From a virus (taxonomy: Duplodnaviria; Caudoviricetes), in the IMG/VR virus record IMGVR_UViG_3300009597_000017, positions 1 to 51,094 of that record: DNA of 51,094 nt. One strand, written 5' to 3'. Each line of letters starts with the position of its first letter. The stretch's first letter is position 1. Position numbers and translations under genes: made by a program. Shown here in pieces: positions 29,557-38,386 of the stretch. The notes below the pieces were generated by a model. It was not told where the DNA came from. It made no database searches and saw nothing but the letters and a program-made list of their open reading frames with translations.

Positions 29557-29625
29557 TGGACGCCTAGGGAATCGTACCCTAGAGCTTGGGAGTAGGACAT
29601 CCCAGTGCTGAGACCACTCGCGCCC
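29557..29625 (-). ncRNA. tRNA-like small RNA with G3:U70 acceptor
   Basis: GGGCGC/GCGTCC-A acceptor, CTAGGG-TACGATT-CCCTAG T-arm, TGGGA/TCCCA stem with 8-nt loop, no proper D stem. Confidence 0.45.
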
Positions 29626-29633
29626 GGCCTGGC

Positions 29634-30263
29634 TTAGTCGTGCAAGTCGGGTTGCGACTCTGGCGTCGATGTCACGCCATTTTCCTCGCCATCGTCGATG
29701 CGAGCTTGCCGATGGATGTTGTCGAACTTTGTGACGAACGCGTCGAATGCCGTCTCGTCGACAACGTCGTCGCGCAGCCCGATGTACGCCTCTGTATTCT
29801 CTTGCATCTCGCTCAAGGAATTCGCGGCCTTAATGGCTTCAGCCGCCTTGAGCGCCCAGTGCAGCAAATGAATCTCGTCATGCGTAATCCAGAGCGCATA
29901 ACGCTTCGTACCGATTTCAGCGCCGGCTTTGTCGACATCGGTCACAACTTCTACCGGCTCGACCTCGACGGCGACTCCGCCGTTTTTATCGCCGAGTAGC
30001 AAGCGCGCAATGGCTTGAACGCGCTGCATGTTACTCAGAAAGACATCGGCGCTGCCTACGACGGCTACGCGCACATCCATCCATTCAGACGACCGCGACA
30101 GCGTGGCAATTGCATTGTCGATCAAATCTCGCGCGCGTGAATCCGACTCGCCGACGAAATTCAGCGCTTCACGTCCAGCGCGGCCAGAGCCTACCGTGGC
30201 AAGGGCCAACGCAATCGTGGCACTCAAAACCCGCGCGTCGTGCTGAGACAGCTTTTCAGGCAT
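29634..30263 (-). CDS. Hypothetical protein
   Basis: 209 aa with GGAGG SD. Confidence 0.65.
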   Translation of the reverse strand: MPEKLSQHDARVLSATIALALATVGSGRAGREALNFVGESDSRARDLIDNAIATLSRSSEWMDVRVAVVGSADVFLSNMQRVQAIARLLLGDKNGGVAVEVEPVEVVTDVDKAGAEIGTKRYALWITHDEIHLLHWALKAAEAIKAANSLSEMQENTEAYIGLRDDVVDETAFDAFVTKFDNIHRQARIDDGEENGVTSTPESQPDLHD

Positions 30264-30555
30264 ACAACAACCTCCAAGGTTGAAGTGAGTAAGACTACGG
30301 TGGGAAACGTCGACACCGTCGAGTGGGTCTAGGCACTCGCCGCGAAGACTCCTAGCAGTCTATGCGCGGTATAGTGTTGCATGAGATTGCTCATGGCGTT
30401 TCCCTAAGCCTAGGCGGGTCATCGAAGACCCGCGTCGCAGCCTATGCAAGCGCTCGGCGACCTAGGTGGACTTGACTTTAACGCATTCTGTACTTTCGGG
30501 CCTATGCAAAGGCGACAGCAACGCGCGGCGGCAAGTGCGCCGGGGTTTTTAGAAA

Positions 30556-30717
30556 CTAGCCAAGGAAAAATGAATGCGTAACCGGGAATCCATCGTCGAT
30601 TACGTCCTTGTCTTCCTCGTCGATTAAGACGCCAGTGGCAAGCTTATAGCCGTCTGACGTGACAATCGGCGGTCCCAAACGCCAGCGTGACCCGTCTCGC
30701 CGCTCAACGATCACCAT
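30556..30717 (-). CDS. Small hypothetical protein (below ORF-track cut-off)
   Basis: MVIVERRDGSRWRLGPP..., 53 aa, GGAGG SD. Confidence 0.45.
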   Translation of the reverse strand: MVIVERRDGSRWRLGPPIVTSDGYKLATGVLIDEEDKDVIDDGFPVTHSFFLG

Positions 30718-30719
30718 GT

Positions 30720-30902
30720 TTAAACCTCCCGTTGACCGTCAGTGTCAAGGTCAGAATGCGCATGCATGTCAAAATCGTCAGGCTCGACATCCGGCGGCTC
30801 GCCGCCGCCATGTGCAAAGCACATAGGCTCGTCAGTGTCGGCCGTTTCTAGCGTAGCGGCAGCGCCGCATTTAACGCACGGAAACATCGCGCGCCGACTC
30901 AT
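30720..30902 (-). CDS. Small Zn-finger protein
   Basis: CVKC...CFAH. Confidence 0.5.
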   Translation of the reverse strand: MSRRAMFPCVKCGAAATLETADTDEPMCFAHGGGEPPDVEPDDFDMHAHSDLDTDGQREV

Positions 30903-31096
30903 GACGCGCTCCAAGCCGGCGACACTTCAGCGACGATGAAACCGCTTGGCCACTCTTGAATGCGACTGCGCCGCCCGCTCAAACGCGCGGCGAATGAATC
31001 TACAGCGGCGGCAAACAACGATTGCAGCTTGAATTCCGCATCTTTCGGACTCCAACGCCCGTCGATGTTCAGGCATTCAACAGTATAGCCCGGCAT
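30899..31096 (-). CDS. Hypothetical protein
   Basis: GGAGG SD, ATG at 31096. Confidence 0.55.
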   Translation of the reverse strand: MPGYTVECLNIDGRWSPKDAEFKLQSLFAAAVDSFAARLSGRRSRIQEWPSGFIVAEVSPAWSAS

Positions 31097-31117
31097 AGTT
31101 GTCACCCTCCTATTTGA

Positions 31118-31136
31118 AGTATAACATGCCTGTCAA
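31118..31136 (-). promoter_or_regulatory. TTGAC-N7-TAnnnT motif, copy 2
   Basis: TTGACA GGCATGT TATACT, just before the SD. Confidence 0.55.
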
Positions 31137-31288
31137 GAGCACAGCGTCGAATGTGCGTCAATGCCACATCGCGCGACGAATCGGCCGCAAGATTGGCAAA
31201 TGTACCAATCCAATCGCCCCATGCGCTCAAATGGCCAGTAGGCAAAACGTCGAGTGACGATTAAGCGCCAGCGTTTAAACATTTGATT

Positions 31289-31834
31289 TTAATTACTCGC
31301 GCGCTGAATCGTCGTCCAAATGATTGCTTGCGTCTCGCTTACACTGCGCCGAATGTCCTTGGCAACTAGGCGCAAAGCTACAGCCAAATCGCGACTTCGC
31401 CGTTCGGTCGGCCATCCCGACTCACCGCCCGCGCGATACATCCACCGATCAATGACCGCCGCTCGCACATCGCCCATGAGCGCATATGCGAACGGAACAA
31501 CCTTCGGCCCGCTCAATGCCTTGAAGTTTCCGTCTCGCAAAATCTGAACGGCTTTGTCCAAGCAACGCGCATAATGCCCATGCGGGTCAGCGTTCGCCAC
31601 AACACTGAAGCAAACGTGTTGAAGCAATGCGACGTTTTGACTCCACTCCATGTTATTGCTCAAGGCAGCGGCGGCGAATGCCGTGCGCTTTAATGAAAAA
31701 CGAAATTCTCGCGCGACGTCATACAATTCGCCTCGCGCCATGGGATACCAAATTCGCCCGGCTTGAACGTCTTCGGCCGTAGCCGACTCCCAAATACTGC
31801 GCAGATTGCGCGCATACTGACTAATCGCGTCCAT
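31289..31834 (-). CDS. Conserved phage protein (DUF7178-like)
   Basis: AGRIWY..A, AALS...W..N, GPKV..F, VIDRW, QAIIW motifs. Confidence 0.65.
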   Translation of the reverse strand: MDAISQYARNLRSIWESATAEDVQAGRIWYPMARGELYDVAREFRFSLKRTAFAAAALSNNMEWSQNVALLQHVCFSVVANADPHGHYARCLDKAVQILRDGNFKALSGPKVVPFAYALMGDVRAAVIDRWMYRAGGESGWPTERRSRDLAVALRLVAKDIRRSVSETQAIIWTTIQRASN

Positions 31835-32288
31835 TGAGCGCCTCCAATTTGTCAAATCCGAATCGCGGAATCTCCTCGACATTTAAACGCGTTGCAGCCA
31901 AATCGCAGAACATCGACGAATAGAGCATAATGCCGCTTAGACGCGCATCAGGCATTGTCGACCTAATTGAATCTACAACATGCGTCAATGTCGTGCCGCT
32001 CGCAACTATGTCGTCGATGAACGCATAGCGCATAGCGTCAGGAACAACGCCATGCCATGGCAGTGAGTCATGCGCGCGCGAATCCGGCCCGTTTTTCTTA
32101 CGCACGGCAATGCCGGGAATTCCTGCCTTGAATGCAACAGCGCCAACGATCAATAGACCCGAATGGCCACAGCCTGCGATTGCCTCAAAGCGCTCTCGCT
32201 TAACAATGCACAAGGCCCACGCGACAACGCGGGCAAATTGTGCAACGTCAAACGATTTGCGCGAGTAGCTAGGCGCATGTTCATGCAT
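31821..32288 (-). CDS. Phosphoribosyltransferase (type I PRT)
   Basis: PRPP-binding loop YAFIDDIVASGTTL; GHSG, AVRK. Confidence 0.8.
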   Translation of the reverse strand: MHEHAPSYSRKSFDVAQFARVVAWALCIVKRERFEAIAGCGHSGLLIVGAVAFKAGIPGIAVRKKNGPDSRAHDSLPWHGVVPDAMRYAFIDDIVASGTTLTHVVDSIRSTMPDARLSGIMLYSSMFCDLAATRLNVEEIPRFGFDKLEALNGRD

Positions 32289-32427
32289 ACCGCGGTCAGT
32301 GTCGACCATTTTTCCTCTAACTTGCGGCCGCAATCAAGACACATGCCAAGCTCTTTACGCCAGACAAGCGCGGCGAATGACACGCGCTTAGGCTTGCGCT
32401 TCAAGAGCACGCCACATTTGCAAACGA

Positions 32428-33027
32428 TCATTTCCGCTTTCCTTTCGTCGAAGCCTCGCGCATAGCTTCAGAATTGCACGGGCACAACGGCGCGCCGGAT
32501 TCGTCAAGCCATTTGCGCGTGACGCGCGCAGTATAGCCGCACTCACAGCAAGAGACTTTGAGCAAGCGCGTAGTTTGAGGCTTTTCATTATCGCGCGGCG
32601 ACAGCGCAGCGTGCGGGTAGTCGCCAAGCTTAGACGCAATCTTGACCAATACGGCGCGCAATTCGTCGCCAGCGCCGGCCGACGTTGGCTTACCTTTAGT
32701 CAAGCCAATTGCCTTGCAAGCCGTAATGAATTTGCCATTATGGCCACTATGCGGGTCAATCGCCGCGTGTACCAATTCATGCGCCAGCGTGTCTAAGACT
32801 TCGACCGCGTCAGCCTCAATTGGCGTAATGAAGATTTGCGAAACGCCATCTTTGGCCGCCGATTGCTTCCAACACTGCCCAACAGCTTTGCGCTTCCCGC
32901 GTGGAAAGCCAACGCTTACCCGCACGACAGTAGGGACAGGAAACCCGACAGTGTCGAAGTGAGCGCGCAACGCGTCGACGCCAGAGGCAAGCCAAGCCTC
33001 GCGCGTGACATGCACGACAGTAGCCAT
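32428..33027 (-). CDS. SprT-like zinc metalloprotease
   Basis: LAHELVH, GH.GKF, C-terminal CxxC pairs; start placed at ATG 33027. Confidence 0.75.
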   Translation of the reverse strand: MATVVHVTREAWLASGVDALRAHFDTVGFPVPTVVRVSVGFPRGKRKAVGQCWKQSAAKDGVSQIFITPIEADAVEVLDTLAHELVHAAIDPHSGHNGKFITACKAIGLTKGKPTSAGAGDELRAVLVKIASKLGDYPHAALSPRDNEKPQTTRLLKVSCCECGYTARVTRKWLDESGAPLCPCNSEAMREASTKGKRK

Positions 33028-33064
33028 AGATTCCCCTAGGTTAGGTATGACATCCTCTATCCTA

Positions 33065-33083
33065 AGTTTAAACCCCATGTCAA
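33065..33083 (-). promoter_or_regulatory. TTGAC-N7-TAnnnT motif, copy 3
   Basis: TTGACA TGGGGTT TAAACT. Confidence 0.5.
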
Positions 33084-33222
33084 GTACCTTGCCGCACTGG
33101 CGCCGCGCGTCCCTAGGAGTCCCTAGGCGTATTGCGGCGAACCTCCAAGGCGGCAAGGCTTAGAGCCTAGGCGGGTCGTTGCAACCCGCCCGCGCGCTTT
33201 AACGCGTTAGGCTTTTGTAAAG

Positions 33223-33432
33223 CTAGGACAAGACGGCCGTCACCATGCCATCGGCGACGCGTACGCGTGCATACCATCTATGAGGCTCGGGGAAGTGCGG
33301 CCCCTCGACGAATTCTTCCCCGTCTTGCTTACAGCCAAACGGGCCGGGCGAAAAAACGCTTATTCGCTGGCCGGCCTTGAGCGCTTCCTTGAGCGCTTTC
33401 TTGCTCTTGAAATTCGGGTCAGTGTAGGCCAT
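33223..33432 (-). CDS. Conserved phage hypothetical protein
   Basis: NFKSKKALKEA...EGPH.PEPHRWYA. Confidence 0.7.
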   Translation of the reverse strand: MAYTDPNFKSKKALKEALKAGQRISVFSPGPFGCKQDGEEFVEGPHFPEPHRWYARVRVADGMVTAVLS

Positions 33433-33446
33433 TGCTTCCCCTTGAT

Positions 33447-33752
33447 TTAGGCTTCAGTGAATTGAGGCGCCAACTTGGCTTGCGCCAATGCGAACGCTTC
33501 GCGGCCAGCCTCACTGCGCAAACGATCTAGCGGGCCATAGTACAGTGTGAATTTCGCGTTGTCGCCATACGTCGCCGCATTCCCCTCGACGTAGACATGG
33601 ACATAATCGCCGGGAGTGTCGCCTAGCGGCTCTTGCCACAGTGTGACCCCGACTTGTCCGCCCCAAGCTTGCGCGATTGTCTGAAGACGGCGAGACCCAA
33701 GCCTAGAAGCTTCGCCCCTTGCACCTTGAACGATTCCGCGAAAATGCGCCAT
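33447..33752 (-). CDS. Hypothetical protein
   Basis: MAHFRG..QGARGEASRLGS; GGGGG SD. Confidence 0.65.
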   Translation of the reverse strand: MAHFRGIVQGARGEASRLGSRRLQTIAQAWGGQVGVTLWQEPLGDTPGDYVHVYVEGNAATYGDNAKFTLYYGPLDRLRSEAGREAFALAQAKLAPQFTEA

Positions 33753-33780
33753 TGAATCCCCCTTGCTTCAGGTTTAAAGG

Positions 33781-34035
33781 TCACACTAGCACGCTATTGC
33801 TTGAAACCTCGACGACTAAGACGGCTTGCTGTCCTAGCGCCGTTTTCAATTCGCGCGCGAAGTTGTAGACGCGCTCGCCGTCTTGCGTGTCAATTTCGAA
33901 CATTTGCGAGCGCTCAAACGTGCCGCGCCAGCAACCTACACCCCGCGTCAACGTAAAGCCGTCGAAATGACGCGCGGCAATGTCCCGCGCGTCATTGCTG
34001 AACGTGTCTTCAGTGTAGACCTTGAACATGTTCAA
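33781..34035 (-). CDS. Hypothetical protein (DUF3574-like small fold)
   Basis: FDGFT...G.WRG..E...LGQQAVL. Confidence 0.6.
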   Translation of the reverse strand: MNMFKVYTEDTFSNDARDIAARHFDGFTLTRGVGCWRGTFERSQMFEIDTQDGERVYNFARELKTALGQQAVLVVEVSSNSVLV

Positions 34036-34208
34036 CCCTCCACACGTGGCGGGTAGTCTCGCGCCGTCTCAATCTTGTCAATCTTGGCGACGATGTCGCA
34101 CGCATGCAAAGCGCTTACGCCAGCGATTGCCGCGTATAACGTGGCGGCAAGGATTCGGCCGATGCGCTCCATGCTTCCCCCTTAGTGCGAGTGAATGAAG
34201 CAGACAAA

Positions 34209-34262
34209 TGGCCGCCTAGGATTTGAACCTAGGAATGCACGCTGGCGCCTAATCGCCCGGCC
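34209..34262 (-). ncRNA. Mini tRNA-like RNA lacking an anticodon arm
   Basis: GGCCG/CGGCC-A closing stem, GGCG/CGCC hairpin, CTAGG-TTCAAAT-CCTAG T-arm. Confidence 0.4.
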
Positions 34263-34270
34263 CATGTTTA

Positions 34271-34289
34271 AACCTAGCTATGCCGTCAA
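34271..34289 (-). promoter_or_regulatory. TTGAC-N7-TAnnnT motif, copy 4
   Basis: TTGACG GCATAGC TAGGTT. Confidence 0.45.
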
Positions 34290-34462
34290 GTGTCAGCGGC
34301 CCGGCTCTAGCGCGCCGTCGAGCGCTCGGCCGTCATTGCTCGACGTTTTAGAGCCGCGCTTGCGCTTATCGCCCCAGTGCTTCACGCGTTGCACGACTTC
34401 AAAACGGTACACTTCGCGCCAATCGTCGTAGCGCTTATCTTTGTCTTGCTGCTCTTGCCGTG

Positions 34463-34777
34463 TCATGCTTCCCCCAAGTCGGCGGCTAGGCCGCCAGCGA
34501 TTACGTTCACTTTGACAATGTCGCCGAGTGCGTCAAGGCTCTTGCCGCTCGCCAATGCTTCCATATCGGCGAGCGCTTTAACTAAGCCATTACGTGAGCG
34601 CGGGTAAATGCGGCCCGTGAATTCTGTTGCAATTGCGCGCATGTTGCTAGGCGTCGCCATGCGCGACGATTGCATGCGGCCGTTTGTCTGAATGTAAAGC
34701 TTGAGCGAGTGCATGAGCACAACGCCACGGAAACCTAGGATTGCGTTCCCGGTTACTGTCCCGTTATTGATTGGCAT
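34463..34777 (-). CDS. Hypothetical early protein
   Basis: 104 aa, first sizeable ORF after the non-coding region. Confidence 0.6.
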   Translation of the reverse strand: MPINNGTVTGNAILGFRGVVLMHSLKLYIQTNGRMQSSRMATPSNMRAIATEFTGRIYPRSRNGLVKALADMEALASGKSLDALGDIVKVNVIAGGLAADLGEA

Positions 34778-34902
34778 TAGTCGGCCGTCTTGGCGACGTG
34801 CGCCGTTGCTTCCGCCAGTGCTTCTACTTCATTGCCTAGCGTGTTGTCATCTCCACTGTACAGCGCGCTCTTGAGTCGGGTAGATGTTCGCTTCCCATTT
34901 TC

Positions 34903-34931
34903 AAGCTACCTAGACGTCGGCGCTTAGTCAA
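34903..34931 (-). promoter_or_regulatory. Sigma70-type early promoter
   Basis: TTGACT-N17-TAGCTT. Confidence 0.5.
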
Positions 34932-34974
34932 GTGCGTTGCAAGAGTCGCTGAACACAATTCGAACAAGCGTTCG

Positions 34975-35290
34975 AATTTGATTATGCAAAGCTAGTGCAA
35001 CAAAGCACTTTATAACGCAAAGTGCTTTGCATGTTTATGCGGCGATTAGGAAAAACGATTGGCCGAATCAGTGCAGTGAGATGAATAATTATACAACTAT
35101 GCGCATATTTATGCATTTGCGAATCGACGAGCGTGCATATTCAAACACGCATATGCGCGCATACGCATATTCATGCATTGATTGAGCATAGAGGCGCTGT
35201 TACAATTGACTATTTATACACTTCACATGCATATTAATACGGTCCTCTGCATAAAAATGCACGGTTCTAATGTGCTCAGGCATTGATCTT
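34975..35290. repeat. AT-rich non-coding region with iterated GCATAT(T)/ATGCA motifs
   Basis: No ORF; several GCATAT copies at ~35100-35235; inverted repeat CAAAGCACTTT/AAAGTGCTTTG. Confidence 0.5.
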
Positions 35291-35351
35291 CAAAATATCG
35301 GGCTTGGTTTAAACAAAGGCGGGAATTGCAGTTGCGAAGCTTACAACAGGA

Positions 35352-35630
35352 TTACACGAGGGATTTGACTCGACGAACGCTGAATTCAAAGTTGCAGATG
35401 GCGCATCGAACGCGCGTCGACACGGGCTGTGGCGTCCAGAATGAGACATGGCCGCAGTTTGGACACATTACTCGGTGGGTGGCAAATCGGAGAGAGTCGT
35501 TCGTGATTTCAAACTTGTGCGAATCGGCACAATCAGAAGGCAAGTCGCACAAAAACGGCCCGAACACAACATGTGTCGGGCCGGGGCAGTTGTCGCAGCG
35601 GCGAATGCAAATCACTGCCGGCCACGCCAC
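35352..35630 (-). CDS. Cys-rich Zn-ribbon protein
   Basis: Multiple CxxC (CPNC, CAIC). Confidence 0.45.
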   Translation of the reverse strand: MAWPAVICIRRCDNCPGPTHVVFGPFLCDLPSDCADSHKFEITNDSLRFATHRVMCPNCGHVSFWTPQPVSTRVRCAICNFEFSVRRVKSLV

Positions 35631-36175
35631 TTTGTTTTACACGCATAATAGTCGCCGACTCGAACTGGCGTGACTTCAATCTCCCAAATTACACAAGCCG
35701 TTTCGTCGCCGGCGATCACGACTTTGACTGGCGTCAAAACGTCGTTTAGACGGAACCATGACGAACTGCGCCAACCCAAAGGATCGACGAATTCAATCAC
35801 TCGACTGGCGACTTTTACGACCTCACGACATTGCTGACTGACATCGCCGCTTGAAACCACGACGGCATAAGTTTTTAAATCGTCAACATTAATGTCAAAG
35901 CTGGCGTCTGCCACAATTAAAACAACGCGCGTGTCGGCATATGGGAGTTTAAACGTGTGTCGCGAGCATTTCGGCACAATTCCAAGGAAGCGAGAGGCCG
36001 AGTCGACGGCGGGCGCTTGAACAATGGCAGGCAAATCAATTAATGTATTATTGACGATTTCAAGTCGGGCAACAACGCCGACTGGACTAAAGCTGCGCTC
36101 TGGAGGATTTTTGCCGTAGACAATAAAGCCGGCAATGAGCAGGACGGCAGGGAGGGATTTTAGAAATTCTAGCAT
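35612..36175 (-). CDS. Hypothetical membrane-anchored protein
   Basis: 187 aa with N-terminal hydrophobic helix. Confidence 0.5.
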   Translation of the reverse strand: MLEFLKSLPAVLLIAGFIVYGKNPPERSFSPVGVVARLEIVNNTLIDLPAIVQAPAVDSASRFLGIVPKCSRHTFKLPYADTRVVLIVADASFDINVDDLKTYAVVVSSGDVSQQCREVVKVASRVIEFVDPLGWRSSSWFRLNDVLTPVKVVIAGDETACVIWEIEVTPVRVGDYYACKTKWRGRQ

Positions 36176-36177
36176 AG

Positions 36178-36253
36178 TTGCAGGTGTAGGAGTCGAACCT
36201 ACGAAGCCACGGATTCAAAGTCCGGGTACAAGTGCCGACATTGTAATCCTGCA
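36178..36253 (-). tRNA. tRNA-Gln(UUG)
   Basis: Cloverleaf; loop CT-TTG-AA; GTTCGACTC. Confidence 0.8.
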
Positions 36254-36304
36254 ATGTACTGACTCGCCGATTCGGCGAATCAGTGATTAATACTGTATTA
36301 AGAG

Positions 36305-36377
36305 CAGATCGCCAAGGAATCGAACCCTGTGGATACTCGTTTTGGAGACGAGCGCTCGCCCGGTGAGCTTGCGACCT
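36305..36377 (-). tRNA. tRNA-Trp(CCA)
   Basis: CTCGT-CT-CCA-AA-ACGAG; T-arm. Confidence 0.85.
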
Positions 36378-36411
36378 AAGACTCGGCGAGTTAAGCGCCG
36401 AGTTTAAAAGC

Positions 36412-37098
36412 TTATGGAATCTCTACAACATTGCCAGCACCAAGCGTAACAGCGGCAGTACGCGCAAGAGCGCGACCACACAGCGAGGCACGAGCGTTGA
36501 ACGTAATGCTTGCATATGCCAGAATGTTGCCCTTGATCTTTGAATCAGTGCCGAGAGTCGCTGAACTGCCGACTAGCCAGAATACATTCTTGGCAGAAGC
36601 GCCGTTTTGCAGCTTGACCGAACCAGCAATAGTCAACGACGAGCCAGCCTTGAAGACATAGACTCCATCGCCATCCAGCGTCAAATCGCCGGTTAGACCA
36701 ATCGACGATGGCGCACAATAGACGCCAGAACTCAAGACTTGACCGCCTAGATCAGATGTAATCGTCGCAGAACACGGCAAATCGCCGAGTACGCGCATAG
36801 CAAGTCGCAAGTCGTCTTGGGCCTTTGCAGCAACAGCGTCGCCCAAATGCTTCTCGCCGCTCAATTCGCACGGACCAAAGCCAGTAAGAGCTTCGCCCGG
36901 CGAGATGCCGATTGAACCATCGACTTGACCGCCGGTTACGCAAGTGACTGTCGAACCGGCAAGGATTGCAAAGCCGCTAGACGCTCCAAGGAATTCCTTG
37001 GCCGGCGGCTGTGGCGGCAAAACGTCGTCAGGACCGAGATTATGCTCGCAGCCAAATGCCAGCAAGCACGCGGCGATTAGTGAGTAGAACTTCAACAT
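36412..37098 (-). CDS. Ice-binding protein (DUF3494) lipoprotein
   Basis: Lipobox-like LAFGC; FAILAGSTVT, GISPG, AQDDL, GVY, NVFWLVGSSATLGT, GNILA..SIT, GRALARTAAVTL. Confidence 0.9.
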   Translation of the reverse strand: MLKFYSLIAACLLAFGCEHNLGPDDVLPPQPPAKEFLGASSGFAILAGSTVTCVTGGQVDGSIGISPGEALTGFGPCELSGEKHLGDAVAAKAQDDLRLAMRVLGDLPCSATITSDLGGQVLSSGVYCAPSSIGLTGDLTLDGDGVYVFKAGSSLTIAGSVKLQNGASAKNVFWLVGSSATLGTDSKIKGNILAYASITFNARASLCGRALARTAAVTLGAGNVVEIP

Positions 37099-38132
37099 TA
37101 CGAACCAACCTTTCGCAACTCAACACGACGATTCAATGGATTGTCACCTTCACGCGCTTCAGGGAATCGCGGCTGCGATTCTCCATAGCCAACGGCGTTC
37201 ATTCGACTGGCAGAAACGCCGCGGGACGCCAAGTAATTCTGAACAGATTCAGCACGAGCTTGGCTCAGCGCCTGATTGTACAACGTCGAGCCAATGCTTG
37301 ACGTGTGGCCAGCGATTTCAAACTTGACGCTCAACCACTGACTCTTGTTCAAGGCATCGGCGACACGATCAAGAATGTCCATAGCGGCAGAAGTCAACTC
37401 AGGAGAGTCGAATTCAAAATTCACGCCTTCAAGAACGAGCGTGTCTTTGATCTCAACCGTGGCAGGAGCGCAATCGCATAGAATGCGCACAGTGTCTGGC
37501 TTAGACGGCGCGTACTGAATGGCTGGCTTTTCGCGACCGTTCGTAAAGAGCGACAAACCGACGATCAACGAGTTGTTCCAAGCCGTCTTGGCGTTTGGCA
37601 ATTCGGCGAAGTGTTCAGCCGCGCGTCGAGCCTCGACCTTGAACATCACATACTTGCTCAAAGCAAGACGGAAACCAGCGCCGTAGAACGCGCCCCAAGT
37701 CGGATGCGTAACGTTGCCATTTCCAGTTACGCGAGTGAATTGAGTGCCGCCAGAAACAAATGGCGAGAACCGCGCATTCACATTGGCGGTCAGCGTCAAA
37801 TCGGCCGAAGGAGTCAAGAACTTAACTTCGCTACCATGCAGTGGCTTATAGCCAAAGGCGCCGAAGTTATTAAACGAGCGTCCACCGATTACGCCAACGC
37901 CGAATTGCACGTGCCGATTGACATTATAGCCGACTCGCGCGCCGGCAGCCGGAACGAACTGATTCTTGTTCCCGTTCGCGGCGAAGCTAGTGCTCAAAAA
38001 GTCAATCAAGTGCTTGTCGAAGTAATACGCGCCGACGCCAGCCGAATATTCAAAACTCCCCTCGCTGCGCTGAGCGGCGAGTGGAACGGCTAGACCGAGG
38101 CAAAGCAGGATTGTACAAAAGAGTTTAAACAT
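37098..38132 (-). CDS. ompA: OmpA-family outer membrane protein (beta-barrel plus peptidoglycan-binding domain)
   Basis: Signal peptide, alternating beta strands, VNFEFDS, IAGHTS, NQALSQARAESV, GYGE, NRRVE. Confidence 0.92.
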   Translation of the reverse strand: MFKLFCTILLCLGLAVPLAAQRSEGSFEYSAGVGAYYFDKHLIDFLSTSFAANGNKNQFVPAAGARVGYNVNRHVQFGVGVIGGRSFNNFGAFGYKPLHGSEVKFLTPSADLTLTANVNARFSPFVSGGTQFTRVTGNGNVTHPTWGAFYGAGFRLALSKYVMFKVEARRAAEHFAELPNAKTAWNNSLIVGLSLFTNGREKPAIQYAPSKPDTVRILCDCAPATVEIKDTLVLEGVNFEFDSPELTSAAMDILDRVADALNKSQWLSVKFEIAGHTSSIGSTLYNQALSQARAESVQNYLASRGVSASRMNAVGYGESQPRFPEAREGDNPLNRRVELRKVGS

Positions 38133-38173
38133 TAGAGCCTTTCAGAGCAAACTGCGCCGTCGATTAAGTTTGA

Positions 38174-38202
38174 AGTATAGCGCATTTTGGGCTAAAAGTC
38201 AA
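38174..38202 (-). promoter_or_regulatory. Sigma70 promoter of the ompA-IBP cassette
   Basis: TTGACT-N17-TATACT. Confidence 0.7.
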
Positions 38203-38217
38203 GAGTGGTTAAGCTTA

Positions 38218-38289
38218 TGCAGTGCCTAGGAATCGAACCTAGTCTTCCTGCGTGTCGAACAGGTGTATTCTCCAACCTACGCGCACTGC
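38218..38289 (-). tRNA. tRNA-Val(GAC), C33
   Basis: CCTGT-TC-GAC-AC-GCAGG; A73. Confidence 0.8.
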
Positions 38290-38302
38290 GGCAAATTTAG
38301 AG

Positions 38303-38374
38303 TGGAGTAGAGGGGAGTCGAACCCCCGACTGCGGTTTGCGGGACCGCCGGTTTCCCGGTTAACCTACAACCCC
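38303..38374 (-). tRNA. tRNA-Ala(CGC), C33
   Basis: G3:U70; GCGGT-CC-CGC-AA-ACCGC. Confidence 0.85.
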
Positions 38375-38386
38375 ATATTCAAAAAG

